From contig JAQURL010000003.1 of assembly GCA_028715625.1 (NCBI GenBank), forward strand, positions 5,533 through 69,532: a stretch of DNA of 64,000 bases, read 5' to 3'. Shown piece after piece: positions 51,709-60,304 of this stretch (the stretch's first letter is position 1; each line of letters begins with the position of its first letter). Source of the stretch: Candidatus Margulisiibacteriota bacterium. GTDB lineage: Bacteria; Margulisbacteria; Riflemargulisbacteria; GWF2-35-9. A program made the translations under genes and the position numbers. A model generated the notes under the pieces. That model searched no databases and was not told where the DNA came from. It saw nothing but the letters and a program-made list of their open reading frames with translations.

Positions 51709-51838
51709 ATTTTTCTTCCTTATGCAAAGTATGTTTTTTGCACCATTTACAATACTTCTTAAGCTCCAATTTTTCAGTTGTATTTTTTTTGTTTTTATTA
51801 CTGGAATAATTCTTCCGGTCACAATCCTGACATACCAT
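51707..51838 (-). CDS. rpmG: 50S ribosomal protein L33 (zinc-ribbon form)
   Basis: Not in the ORF track. Manual translation gives [43 protein letters not shown] (43 aa), matching the L33 LELKKYC..C.KHTLH motif. The TAG stop overlaps the first 2 nt of tRNA-Trp. Confidence 0.85.
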   Translation of the reverse strand: MVCQDCDRKNYSSNKNKKNTTEKLELKKYCKWCKKHTLHKEEK

Positions 51839-51900
51839 GGTTACAAGAACTCTCAAGATAATACTCCTCTACTCTTTGATAAAAAAGTCAACAGTTGAAG

Positions 51901-51929
51901 AATCTAACATATTTACTATAGCGTGTCAA
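51901..51929 (-). promoter_or_regulatory. Sigma-70-type promoter upstream of rpmG (likely start of the super-operon)
   Basis: On the minus strand: TTGACA (51924-51929), 17 nt spacer, TAGATT (51901-51906), about 63 nt upstream of the rpmG ATG. Confidence 0.4.
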
Positions 51930-52077
51930 TTCTTAATTTGGGCCAAAAAGTAAAATTAATTTTAGAAACTCACTGGGGTCATTATAATAGGATTTTCAGA
52001 TATAGGCCACCATTATATTTATAAGTTAAAAAATCTATTATTGTCTAAATTTTAAATTTACGTTAAGATTTCAGCAA

Positions 52078-53145
52078 ATGAAATTGACGATTGAAAATCT
52101 TCCTGTTCATGAATTAAAACCCCTTTGTGATTTCAAGTGCCTGGAATTCGGAAAAAATTTTTCAGACTATATGCTGGTTATGACTTATTCGCTTGATAAA
52201 GGCTGGCATGAGGCCAAAATAACTCCATTCGCTGATCTTAGCTTTTCTCCGGCCACACTTGTTTTCCATTACGCTCAGGAGATTTTTGAAGGGTTGAAAG
52301 CCTACTACAGAGAAGATAAAAAAATCGGACTGTTCAGGCCTCAAGAAAATTTTATCAGAATGAATAACAGTGCCCGACGCATGTGTATGCCCGAACTGGA
52401 TATCGATTTTGTTATGGACTCCTTACTGGAACTGCTGAGGATGGACCAACGCTGGGTACCACCTATGGCCGGTGCCAGTCTTTATATCAGGCCGACTATG
52501 ATCGGCATTGACCCCATCATCGGGCTCAGGCCGTCGGACAGCTATCTGTTTTACATCATTTTAAGTCCGGTAGCGGCTTATTACAAATCTTCAGGTGAAG
52601 GGCAAAAAATCTTGGTAGAAGACAAATTTGTACGCGCAGTACCAGGTGGAGTGGGCGACGCTAAAACCGGAGCCAATTATGCAGCTTCATTGCTGGCAGG
52701 AGAAGAAGCGAAAAAAAGAGGATTTACACAGGTAGTCTGGCTGGATGGAGTACACCGCAAATATGTGGAAGAAGTAGGCACCAGTAATATTTTCTTTGTC
52801 TACGGCGACAAAATACTTACCCCGGCCCTTAACGGCAGCATTTTACCCGGTATCACCAGAAAAAGCGTAATCGAACTGCTGCAACACTGGAAAATGGATG
52901 TTGAAGAAACAGCACTGGATATTAATCAAATTGTTAAGGATATCAAAGACGGCAAAGTGACCGAATGCTTCAGCACAGGTACGGCTGTTGTAGTGAGTCC
53001 GATAAACAGCCTGCATTATAAAAACAAAGATCATGATATCAAAGGCCGGCAAACAGGGCCTGTTACACAAAAAATCTATGATGAACTAACTGGTATTCAA
53101 TACGGTCGCAAAAAAGATCCCTTCGGCTGGACAGTAATTATCTAA
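52078..53145 (+). CDS. ilvE: Branched-chain amino acid aminotransferase (class IV)
   Basis: 355 aa with the class IV PLP fold and a conserved YIRP...EVGTSNIF...TGTAVVVSPI region. Confidence 0.85.
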   Translation: MKLTIENLPVHELKPLCDFKCLEFGKNFSDYMLVMTYSLDKGWHEAKITPFADLSFSPATLVFHYAQEIFEGLKAYYREDKKIGLFRPQENFIRMNNSARRMCMPELDIDFVMDSLLELLRMDQRWVPPMAGASLYIRPTMIGIDPIIGLRPSDSYLFYIILSPVAAYYKSSGEGQKILVEDKFVRAVPGGVGDAKTGANYAASLLAGEEAKKRGFTQVVWLDGVHRKYVEEVGTSNIFFVYGDKILTPALNGSILPGITRKSVIELLQHWKMDVEETALDINQIVKDIKDGKVTECFSTGTAVVVSPINSLHYKNKDHDIKGRQTGPVTQKIYDELTGIQYGRKKDPFGWTVII

Positions 53146-53682
53146 TCAGACCTGATTGTCTATCTCTCTGATAATCGGAATTATATAGCCTTCTCTGGTT
53201 GTAGGTTTATTATGATGATTAAGAACAGTATTTACAATTTCGGGGTCTTCTTCAAAAGTCATCAGCAGTCTGGCCCCTGTTTCACCATGATGCAGAAGGG
53301 TCCACAATACTCTTCTGAACCTCAGTTTGGAATTCTCCCGGGCCAGATTGCCAAGCAGTTTGCCATTTCCAAATTTTTCCAACAGTACATAAAGTATTCT
53401 ATGAAATAACGCTATTTTCATCCAGGCTTTACCCGCGTCATGCATCAAAGCTGCACGAATAAGTTTGTTCTTATCAATCTCCTGGGCTACGTGATTGCGG
53501 TTCAAACACTTATGGGCCAGTAACAAACTGTGTTTCTGGTCAACAACCTGCATACGATAAAAAATGATTTGTTCCTGCTTGGTAAGATATTGCCTGATAA
53601 ACTCTACATCGGAATAAGTAAGTTTACTTCTTACAGCCTGCCGGAATTGCTTGAACCTGTACCAGGACTGCTTAAATGTCAT
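53146..53682 (-). CDS. HD-domain phosphohydrolase of unknown specificity
   Basis: 178 aa with an H...HD...H...H pattern (LLAHKCL, LMHDAGK, LLHHGETGARLL). Abuts purH upstream and ilvE convergently, with a 0-nt gap. Confidence 0.55.
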   Translation of the reverse strand: MTFKQSWYRFKQFRQAVRSKLTYSDVEFIRQYLTKQEQIIFYRMQVVDQKHSLLLAHKCLNRNHVAQEIDKNKLIRAALMHDAGKAWMKIALFHRILYVLLEKFGNGKLLGNLARENSKLRFRRVLWTLLHHGETGARLLMTFEEDPEIVNTVLNHHNKPTTREGYIIPIIREIDNQV

Positions 53683-53683
53683 G

Positions 53684-55213
53684 TCAGTGCCGGAAGTGTC
53701 TCATGCCGGTAAAAACCATTGCAACATTCAATTCATCCGATTTTTTTATACTGTCTTCATCTCGCACTGAACCACCCGGTTGAATTATAGCTCCAATTCC
53801 GGCTTTGGCAGCCAGTTCCACATTATCGGCAAAAGGGAAATATGCATCTGAAACCAGCACGCTGCCTGCGGCTTTATCTCCGGCTCTTTTAATAGCCAAC
53901 TCCACAGATTCCACTCTGCTCATCTGTCCGGCCCCTACACCAACCAGAATCTGATCCTTAATCAATATGATGGCATTACTTTTTACAAATTTGATTATTT
54001 TCCAGCCGATCTGCATGTCATCGAACTCACGCGGTGTGGGTTTTTTTCTGGTCACTACCTTCAAATTTTCTTTTTTTAGCTCAGCAATATCTTCCTCCTG
54101 TAATAACAGACCTCCGCTGATCTTTCTTACATCAAAAGTAGGTGCGTTTTCAAAAAAATCTTTTTTTACCAATAGTCTCAAGTTTGCCTTGGTTTTAAAA
54201 AGCTGTCTGGCTTCTTCAGAAAATGAAGGAGCAATAATAACCTCCACAAATATTTTGGATATTTGTTCCGCGGTTAACAGGTTACACTCACGGTTAAGCC
54301 CAATAATACCGCCATAGGCAGATTTGGTATCAGCTTCATAAGCTTTCCTGTAGGCATCCTCAATAGTGTTGGCAATAGCCAGACCGCAGGGGTTGGTATG
54401 TTTAATGATAACAGCCGCGGGTTCCTCGAATTGTTTGACCATCTGATAGGCTGCCTCAGTGTCCAGATAATTATTAAAACTCAGTTCCTTGCCTTGTAAT
54501 TGTTCGATACTCATCAGGCCTGATGTAAGGCCCCACTGATAAACAGCAGCTTGCTGATGGGCGTTTTCACCATAACGCAAATCCTGTTTTTTCTTCAGGC
54601 CGATAGACATTTCCTGAGGAAGGTATTGAGACGTACAAAATTTTGCCCGCAGATAATTGGAAATGACCGAATCATAATAAGCTGTGTGACTGAAAGCCTC
54701 CATAGCCAATTTTTCTCTTAATGTCTCTGAAACTTTCCCTTCATATTGCAACTCTTTTAGCACATCTTCATAACGGGCGGGATTAACCAACACAATTACA
54801 TCTTTATAATTTTTAGCAGCAGACCTGATCATGGCCGGGCCACCGATATCTATTTTTTCAATGATCTCTTCCCAGGTAGATTTTTCATTAGCAATTGTTT
54901 CTTCAAACGGATACAGATTGATGACTACAATATCAATTAAAGGAATTTTCAGTTCATTTACCTGCTGCATATGCTCGGGATTATCTCGTACAGCCAGTAT
55001 TCCGCCATGGATATTGGGGTTTAAAGTTTTCACCCGGCCATCCATTATTTCCGGGTAATGCGTAAGGCTGGTTATGCTTTTTACCGGTATCCCGTATTCT
55101 TCAAGTTTTTTTGCCGTTCCTCCGGTGGATATAATCTCCACCCCAAGTTTATGCAGCCCTCTGGCTATTTTATCTACTCCATCTTTATTGAATACACTGA
55201 TCAATGCGCGCAT
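53684..55213 (-). CDS. purH: Bifunctional AICAR transformylase / IMP cyclohydrolase
   Basis: 509 aa. MGS-like N-terminal domain (ALISVFNKDGV...STGGT) and an AICARFT domain. Confidence 0.95.
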   Translation of the reverse strand: MRALISVFNKDGVDKIARGLHKLGVEIISTGGTAKKLEEYGIPVKSITSLTHYPEIMDGRVKTLNPNIHGGILAVRDNPEHMQQVNELKIPLIDIVVINLYPFEETIANEKSTWEEIIEKIDIGGPAMIRSAAKNYKDVIVLVNPARYEDVLKELQYEGKVSETLREKLAMEAFSHTAYYDSVISNYLRAKFCTSQYLPQEMSIGLKKKQDLRYGENAHQQAAVYQWGLTSGLMSIEQLQGKELSFNNYLDTEAAYQMVKQFEEPAAVIIKHTNPCGLAIANTIEDAYRKAYEADTKSAYGGIIGLNRECNLLTAEQISKIFVEVIIAPSFSEEARQLFKTKANLRLLVKKDFFENAPTFDVRKISGGLLLQEEDIAELKKENLKVVTRKKPTPREFDDMQIGWKIIKFVKSNAIILIKDQILVGVGAGQMSRVESVELAIKRAGDKAAGSVLVSDAYFPFADNVELAAKAGIGAIIQPGGSVRDEDSIKKSDELNVAMVFTGMRHFRH

Positions 55214-55343
55214 ATACCACCTCGTTGTTTATTATAATCCTTAAGTAAATTTTAGTCAGTCGTATTTTGCCTGGTCCTTTTACGTCTCTTGAAATTTACA
55301 AAATTTTCTATCGATATATTAATAAAACTTTATTATATTTACA

Positions 55344-55772
55344 ATGATTATCAGCTTAAAAAATTCAAATATTTTTTTTGATCCAGCCATTCATCCGGTA
55401 CTCCTTAAACGGGTCAACGGATATATTAAGGAACAAAACTTACTAAACCCATCCATGAATATAAAGCCACAGGATTTCGAGGCGATCTACGAAATAATAA
55501 AAGAACATAACTCCACCCGTTTACCCTGGGTGCGCACCAAAGAGAACTCATCTTTTTCCGGATTGATTATCCGGTCATACATAAAACTAATCGGCAAGGC
55601 AGAAAAAATACCCGTAAATTTTTTAAAAACCAGTTTATTAAATAAAACTTTAACCAGTTTCTATAATGCTCACCCCAAGGGGAACTGCAATAAAAGAATG
55701 ATCAGGATCCTTGCTCATATTCTTAGCGTTCGCAATAAAATCAAGATTTGTCCGATAACAAAAAACGATTAA
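55344..55772 (+). CDS. Hypothetical protein (basic, no recognisable domain) on the opposite strand inside the pur cluster
   Basis: 142-aa ORF filling most of the 555-nt gap between purN and purH. A stop-free ORF of this length is unlikely by chance in AT-rich DNA. No Shine-Dalgarno sequence is evident. Overlaps the purN stop by 4 nt convergently. Confidence 0.45.
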   Translation: MIISLKNSNIFFDPAIHPVLLKRVNGYIKEQNLLNPSMNIKPQDFEAIYEIIKEHNSTRLPWVRTKENSSFSGLIIRSYIKLIGKAEKIPVNFLKTSLLNKTLTSFYNAHPKGNCNKRMIRILAHILSVRNKIKICPITKND

Positions 55773-56380
55773 GCAGAAACTTTTACTTTATTATGAACTA
55801 CTCTTAGTTTCTTTTTGTGATAGAGGTCTATGGCCTGAGTATAAATTTTATGTTCTTCATCCAGTATCCGCGCAGCCAATGTATCCACACTATCCGTATC
55901 AAGGACTGGAACCACAGACTGCAAGATAATAGGACCTGCATCCAGATGACTGTTAACAAAATGAACAGTACATCCCGAATATTTAACACCATATTCCAGA
56001 GCCTGCCTTTGAGCATTCAATCCCTTGAAAGAAGGTAATAATGACGGATGAATATTCATAATACGACTGGGGAAAGCATTTATAAATTCGGCAGATAGAA
56101 TTTTCATATAACCGGCCAGAATGACCAACTCTACTTTAGCAGATTTTAATAAACGGATAAGTTCTTTATCAAATTTACGGTTATCAGCAAACAAACTGGG
56201 ATCGACAAATTTCGTTTCCAGACCGAAATGCTTTGCATGCTCCAGTATTTTGGATTTTTTGTCTGAAAGCACAATTGCAGTTTCAGCATCGAGTTTACCC
56301 TGAATGATATTATTTTGTATTGCTAAAAAATTGGTACCGCGTCCAGAGCCCAATATACCCAGTCTAGTTTTTGATGCCAT
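55769..56380 (-). CDS. purN: Phosphoribosylglycinamide formyltransferase
   Basis: 203 aa. GSGRGTNF N-terminus and the formyl-transferase motif (HPSLLPSFKG). Confidence 0.9.
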   Translation of the reverse strand: MASKTRLGILGSGRGTNFLAIQNNIIQGKLDAETAIVLSDKKSKILEHAKHFGLETKFVDPSLFADNRKFDKELIRLLKSAKVELVILAGYMKILSAEFINAFPSRIMNIHPSLLPSFKGLNAQRQALEYGVKYSGCTVHFVNSHLDAGPIILQSVVPVLDTDSVDTLAARILDEEHKIYTQAIDLYHKKKLRVVHNKVKVSA

Positions 56381-57380
56381 TAATAATAACCTGTTTACTG
56401 CCTTTCTTTATCGAACCCACCTGATAAACTTCATTTTTATTGGCTTTAAGAATTTTTTTTGCAGTATCCGGAGAAGTAACAAAAATCATCCCCATACCCA
56501 TATTAAAGGTATTGAACATTTCCCGATCTACTACCTTACCTAATTTCTGCAATTTCCTGAAGATAGATGGTATCTCCCATGTTCCCGTTTCAAAAACAGC
56601 GTCCAGTTTGGCAGGCAGAATTCTGGCCACATTTTCGTAAAGACCTCCCCCTGTTATGTTGGCAATACCTTTGATTTCATATTTTTTAATAAGCTCAAGT
56701 ACCGGACGCACATAAAGTTTTGTAGGAGTTAAAAGTTCTTTTTTCAGGGCCAACTGTTCTTTTTTGGTTTTGGCCAGCTCAGCCAGTTTTCTGGCCAAAG
56801 AATAACCGTTACTGTGCGCGCCGCTGGACGGGAACATCAGTATTGCGTCGCCTTCTTTAATTGTCTTGCCGTTAATAACCTTCTTTTTGTCTACAATACC
56901 GACAACAAACCCGGCCAGATCAAAATCTCCTTTTCTATAGACGTCTTTCATTTCAGCGGTTTCTCCGCCGATTAGCGCGCAATCGGTTTCCTGACAACCC
57001 TTAACTATCCCCTTGATTATAGCTGTAACCAGTTCCGGTTCCAGCTTATGCAAAGCTATATAATCAAGCATGAATAAAGGTCTGGCGCCAAGAGCGATAA
57101 TGTCATTAACACACATGGCTACAAGATCGATACCGATCGTTTCAAAGATACCCAACTCAATAGCCAGAAGCAGTTTTGTGCCTACACCGTCGGTGCTGGA
57201 TACCAGGATAGGCTCTTTATAGTCTTTCCAGTTGGGTGAAAATAAAGCGCCGAAACTACCGAAATTGTCTATTACCATAGGATTAAATGTTTTTTTTACT
57301 TCTCTGGTCAGCTGTTTTACCGATTCGTAACCGGCTTCAATATTCACTCCGGATTCTTTATATGTTAGTCCCATAATCAC
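56364..57380 (-). CDS. purM: Phosphoribosylformylglycinamidine cyclo-ligase (AIR synthetase)
   Basis: 338 aa with PurM N- and C-terminal domains (GALFMLDYIA...). Confidence 0.95.
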   Translation of the reverse strand: MIMGLTYKESGVNIEAGYESVKQLTREVKKTFNPMVIDNFGSFGALFSPNWKDYKEPILVSSTDGVGTKLLLAIELGIFETIGIDLVAMCVNDIIALGARPLFMLDYIALHKLEPELVTAIIKGIVKGCQETDCALIGGETAEMKDVYRKGDFDLAGFVVGIVDKKKVINGKTIKEGDAILMFPSSGAHSNGYSLARKLAELAKTKKEQLALKKELLTPTKLYVRPVLELIKKYEIKGIANITGGGLYENVARILPAKLDAVFETGTWEIPSIFRKLQKLGKVVDREMFNTFNMGMGMIFVTSPDTAKKILKANKNEVYQVGSIKKGSKQVIINGIKN

Positions 57381-57461
57381 TCCTTGAAATGCAGAATCTC
57401 TCGCATTATAACATAATTCAAGTTTTGCGAGTATGGCCTAATTTGGCCCTGTTAGCCTGCG

Positions 57462-58343
57462 TTAACGATTTGTCGCTATCTCTTTTACATCAAGTTCAAT
57501 TTGTTTTTTTAATAGCTCAGTCGTCGAAAAATTTTGCTGCTCACGCACAAACCTGTTAAAAGAAATTTGCACTGTCTGTCCATAAAGATCTTCTTTAAAG
57601 TCCAGAATATGACCTTCACATTCCAATGTTTCACGCCGCAAAATGCTGATAGCTGTTAAATGTTTTCTTCCATTAAACGCAGTATGTCCCGAATATACAC
57701 CGGATTTGGGCAGCAACTTTCTGGGAACAATCTTCAGATTAATTGTGGGAAAACCCAATTTTTTCCCCAGTCCCTTGCCATGGACCACTTCTGACATAAA
57801 AAAATATTCATAGCCCAGAAAACAGTTGGCTTTTTCAATTTCTCCTTTGTGCAGCAATTCCCTGATTAACGTACTTTTAACAATATGTCCGTCAACTTTA
57901 ACGGGCGGTACGATTTCCAATTTGAATTTATATTTTTCAGCCAGACTTTTCATGGCATCGGTATTCCCTTGTAAATTCCTGCCGAAATGAAAGTCCCAGC
58001 CCACAACAATTTTTTTGGGGGCTAACGTATCCACAATACCTTTTATAAATTGCTCACCGCTAAGGTCGATCATACGTTCGTCAAACTTCAAAAAAACAAA
58101 ACCCGGATACAAAATCTTCTTTTCATCAATCAAATTAAGGATACTGTCATTAGGGGAAAAATAGGCTTTGGGTGAGGGATGAAAAGTAACGGAAAAATCA
58201 ACCTTGTCAAACAAGACCCGATGTCCCAGATGGCAACCGTCAAAGGCTCCCAGAGCAAGAGTTCTGCCTTTGGTCTTGTTCATAGAGTTTTTATCTAACA
58301 AAAAATCAGAAAAATTCATTAAGCTGCCTGGACTCCTGTACAT
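57462..58343 (-). CDS. ribF: Bifunctional riboflavin kinase / FMN adenylyltransferase
   Basis: 293 aa. GAFDGCHLGH nucleotidyltransferase motif and C-terminal riboflavin kinase. The track start overlaps truB by 38 nt; internal Met at 58319 or 58283 may be the true start. Confidence 0.85.
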   Translation of the reverse strand: MYRSPGSLMNFSDFLLDKNSMNKTKGRTLALGAFDGCHLGHRVLFDKVDFSVTFHPSPKAYFSPNDSILNLIDEKKILYPGFVFLKFDERMIDLSGEQFIKGIVDTLAPKKIVVGWDFHFGRNLQGNTDAMKSLAEKYKFKLEIVPPVKVDGHIVKSTLIRELLHKGEIEKANCFLGYEYFFMSEVVHGKGLGKKLGFPTINLKIVPRKLLPKSGVYSGHTAFNGRKHLTAISILRRETLECEGHILDFKEDLYGQTVQISFNRFVREQQNFSTTELLKKQIELDVKEIATNR

Positions 58344-58980
58344 AATATGGACCTACTGCCAGCCTGGTCAGACGACTTAAGACCGCTCCCGTATTCAGCA
58401 TAACTCCAATGTCATGCGCGAGTGAACGGATATAAGTGCCTTTGGAGACTACGGTTTTAATAATAAGTTTAGGGAAAAAACCATTCTTATAAGATAACAA
58501 TTTCATGGATGAAATTTGCACTGTACGCTCTTCTATCTCCACTTCCTGGTTCTTGCGTGCATACTCGTACAGCTTTCGGCCGTTCTTTTTGATAGCGGAA
58601 TAAACAGGGGGGTTTTGCTTTATTTCTCCCTTAAAATTCTTGAGGACTTCAATAACCGCTTCCTCCTCAATCGTACCTGGTTGTTTCATTTGCACAATGT
58701 TTCCTTCCAGGTCATAAGAATCTGTTTCCACTCCGAGCATAATCTCGGCCAGATAACATTTATCAAGTCCGGTTAACTCCTGCAATTTCTTGGTATATTC
58801 CCTTCCCACTGCCACAACCAAGACCCCGGTAGCCATAGGATCTAATGTCCCCGCGTGTCCTATCTTCTTTTCTTTGAAAATTTTCTTCAGCTTGTTGACC
58901 ACATCAAAAGATGTCCAGCCATAAGGCTTAAAAATATTATATATTCCGAACTCGAGAACTGTGTTTTTTTTATTTTCCAT
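58306..58980 (-). CDS. truB: tRNA pseudouridine(55) synthase TruB (short form, no PUA domain)
   Basis: 224 aa with the catalytic motif [14 protein letters not shown]. Confidence 0.9.
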   Translation of the reverse strand: MENKKNTVLEFGIYNIFKPYGWTSFDVVNKLKKIFKEKKIGHAGTLDPMATGVLVVAVGREYTKKLQELTGLDKCYLAEIMLGVETDSYDLEGNIVQMKQPGTIEEEAVIEVLKNFKGEIKQNPPVYSAIKKNGRKLYEYARKNQEVEIEERTVQISSMKLLSYKNGFFPKLIIKTVVSKGTYIRSLAHDIGVMLNTGAVLSRLTRLAVGPYYVQESRQLNEFF

Positions 58981-58986
58981 TTATAT

Positions 58987-59955
58987 TTATTTTTTATTAA
59001 AATACTTTTTAACTTTTTGTCTGATTTCTTCGATTTGTTTTGGAAGGTCCTGCAGCTGCATGCTGGCGCCTGAAGCATGGATATGGCCGCCACCGTTAAA
59101 CTGCGCGGCCAGTTCTCTGACATTTAAAGTTTTGTCCTTGGCCCTTAAGCTTAGCTTGATATTTTTACCCACTCTGCGTGCCAGCACAGCAGCGCCGATT
59201 CCTTTGATGGAAAGAATATTGTCAACCAAACCTTCCTCCAGGCCCGTATCCTCCGGAATGTAGGAAAAAGCGATATTTTTACCGAAAATTTCCAGATTGT
59301 TTAAAGCTTCACGTATTAATTTTGATTTTTTTAGAGATACTTCGCTATATAAATGTTGAACTATATTGTAATAATCATCAGGCTCCACAAATTTTAAAAT
59401 TTCATAAATAACCTTAAAAATACCGCGATGCGTACTGCTGTGTTTGAAGCGCCCGGTGTCTGTGATTATGGAAATCAATAAACATATTGCGGTTTCCCGG
59501 GAAATATCAACTTTCATTTTCTTAAACAAAAAATAAAGGATTTCGCCAACAGCAGAGGCCCAATGCAAAAGATTTAAATCGCCGAACTCACTATTGTCCG
59601 GATGATGGTCGATATTAATCACAAATGAACACCTCGACAACAAAACTTTTTGCTCGCCAAGCCTGTTCTCATTACTGGAGTCCAGAATAATAGCCAGATC
59701 ATATTTTTTTTCGGCAAGTTCGCTATATTCATGAATATTCAGTCCTTTGAAAAAATAAAGATAATCCCAACTGGAATTATCCAGCCGCAAATAGGCAATA
59801 TCAACCTTCTTCTTCATATGCTTCAATACAAAATTCATGGCCGCTACCGAACCGAATGCATCGCCATCGGGAAATTCGTGAGCCAGCAGCAAAATGCTTC
59901 GGGCTGCCGCGATCTTTTTTTGTAATTGCGTAACTATTTTGGGATTTAAACGCAT
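58987..59955 (-). CDS. nrnA: DHH/DHHA1-family phosphoesterase (NrnA-like nanoRNase / pAp phosphatase)
   Basis: 322 aa. DHH motifs (HEFPDGDAFGS, DHH) and a DHHA1 GGGH motif. Confidence 0.8.
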   Translation of the reverse strand: MRLNPKIVTQLQKKIAAARSILLLAHEFPDGDAFGSVAAMNFVLKHMKKKVDIAYLRLDNSSWDYLYFFKGLNIHEYSELAEKKYDLAIILDSSNENRLGEQKVLLSRCSFVINIDHHPDNSEFGDLNLLHWASAVGEILYFLFKKMKVDISRETAICLLISIITDTGRFKHSSTHRGIFKVIYEILKFVEPDDYYNIVQHLYSEVSLKKSKLIREALNNLEIFGKNIAFSYIPEDTGLEEGLVDNILSIKGIGAAVLARRVGKNIKLSLRAKDKTLNVRELAAQFNGGGHIHASGASMQLQDLPKQIEEIRQKVKKYFNKK

Positions 59956-59962
59956 GACAGGG

Positions 59963-60295
59963 CTAGCTGATATTCAGCTCTTTGATTTTCTCCAAAATAC
60001 GAGTACCCTCTTCAATGGAAGTGTCCAAAACAAATTCCAGCTCCGGAACCTTCCTCATCCGGACCTTTTTTGCCAGCTGAGAACGAATGAAGCCTTTGGC
60101 CTCTTCTATTTTTGCCAGATTTGATCCGTTATTTTTGGAAAAAAAGCTTAGGTATATTTTGGCATGAGATAAATCTTTGTTAAGTTTCACAAAAGTAATG
60201 CTGAAAAGCTCTACCTTAGACTTCATTTCAAACTGAATAATGTCGGATACAATTCGCTTAATTTCTTCAGCCAGTCTGACTTCTCTGTTTTTCAT
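59963..60295 (-). CDS. rbfA: Ribosome-binding factor A
   Basis: 110 aa with a KH-like fold, between infB and nrnA. Confidence 0.9.
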   Translation of the reverse strand: MKNREVRLAEEIKRIVSDIIQFEMKSKVELFSITFVKLNKDLSHAKIYLSFFSKNNGSNLAKIEEAKGFIRSQLAKKVRMRKVPELEFVLDTSIEEGTRILEKIKELNIS

Positions 60296-60304
60296 GGTTT
60301 TGAA

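Noticed and set aside
51616-51822. 68-aa minus-strand ORF in the track
   Set aside because: Overlaps tRNA-Trp and the real rpmG (L33) gene in another frame. The L33 frame gives a clean motif match, so this ORF is an artefact.
51839-52077. Possible T-box or other riboswitch leader upstream of ilvE
   Set aside because: No T-box specifier or antiterminator sequence (e.g. GGGTGGTACCGCG) is present. The region looks like a plain divergent promoter region for rpmG and ilvE.
55214-55343. Possible ZTP (pfl) riboswitch upstream of purH
   Set aside because: Looked for the conserved GGGUCGUGAC / CCGCCUGGGC elements on the minus strand. None are present and the region is AT-rich with only a GAGGTGG RBS.
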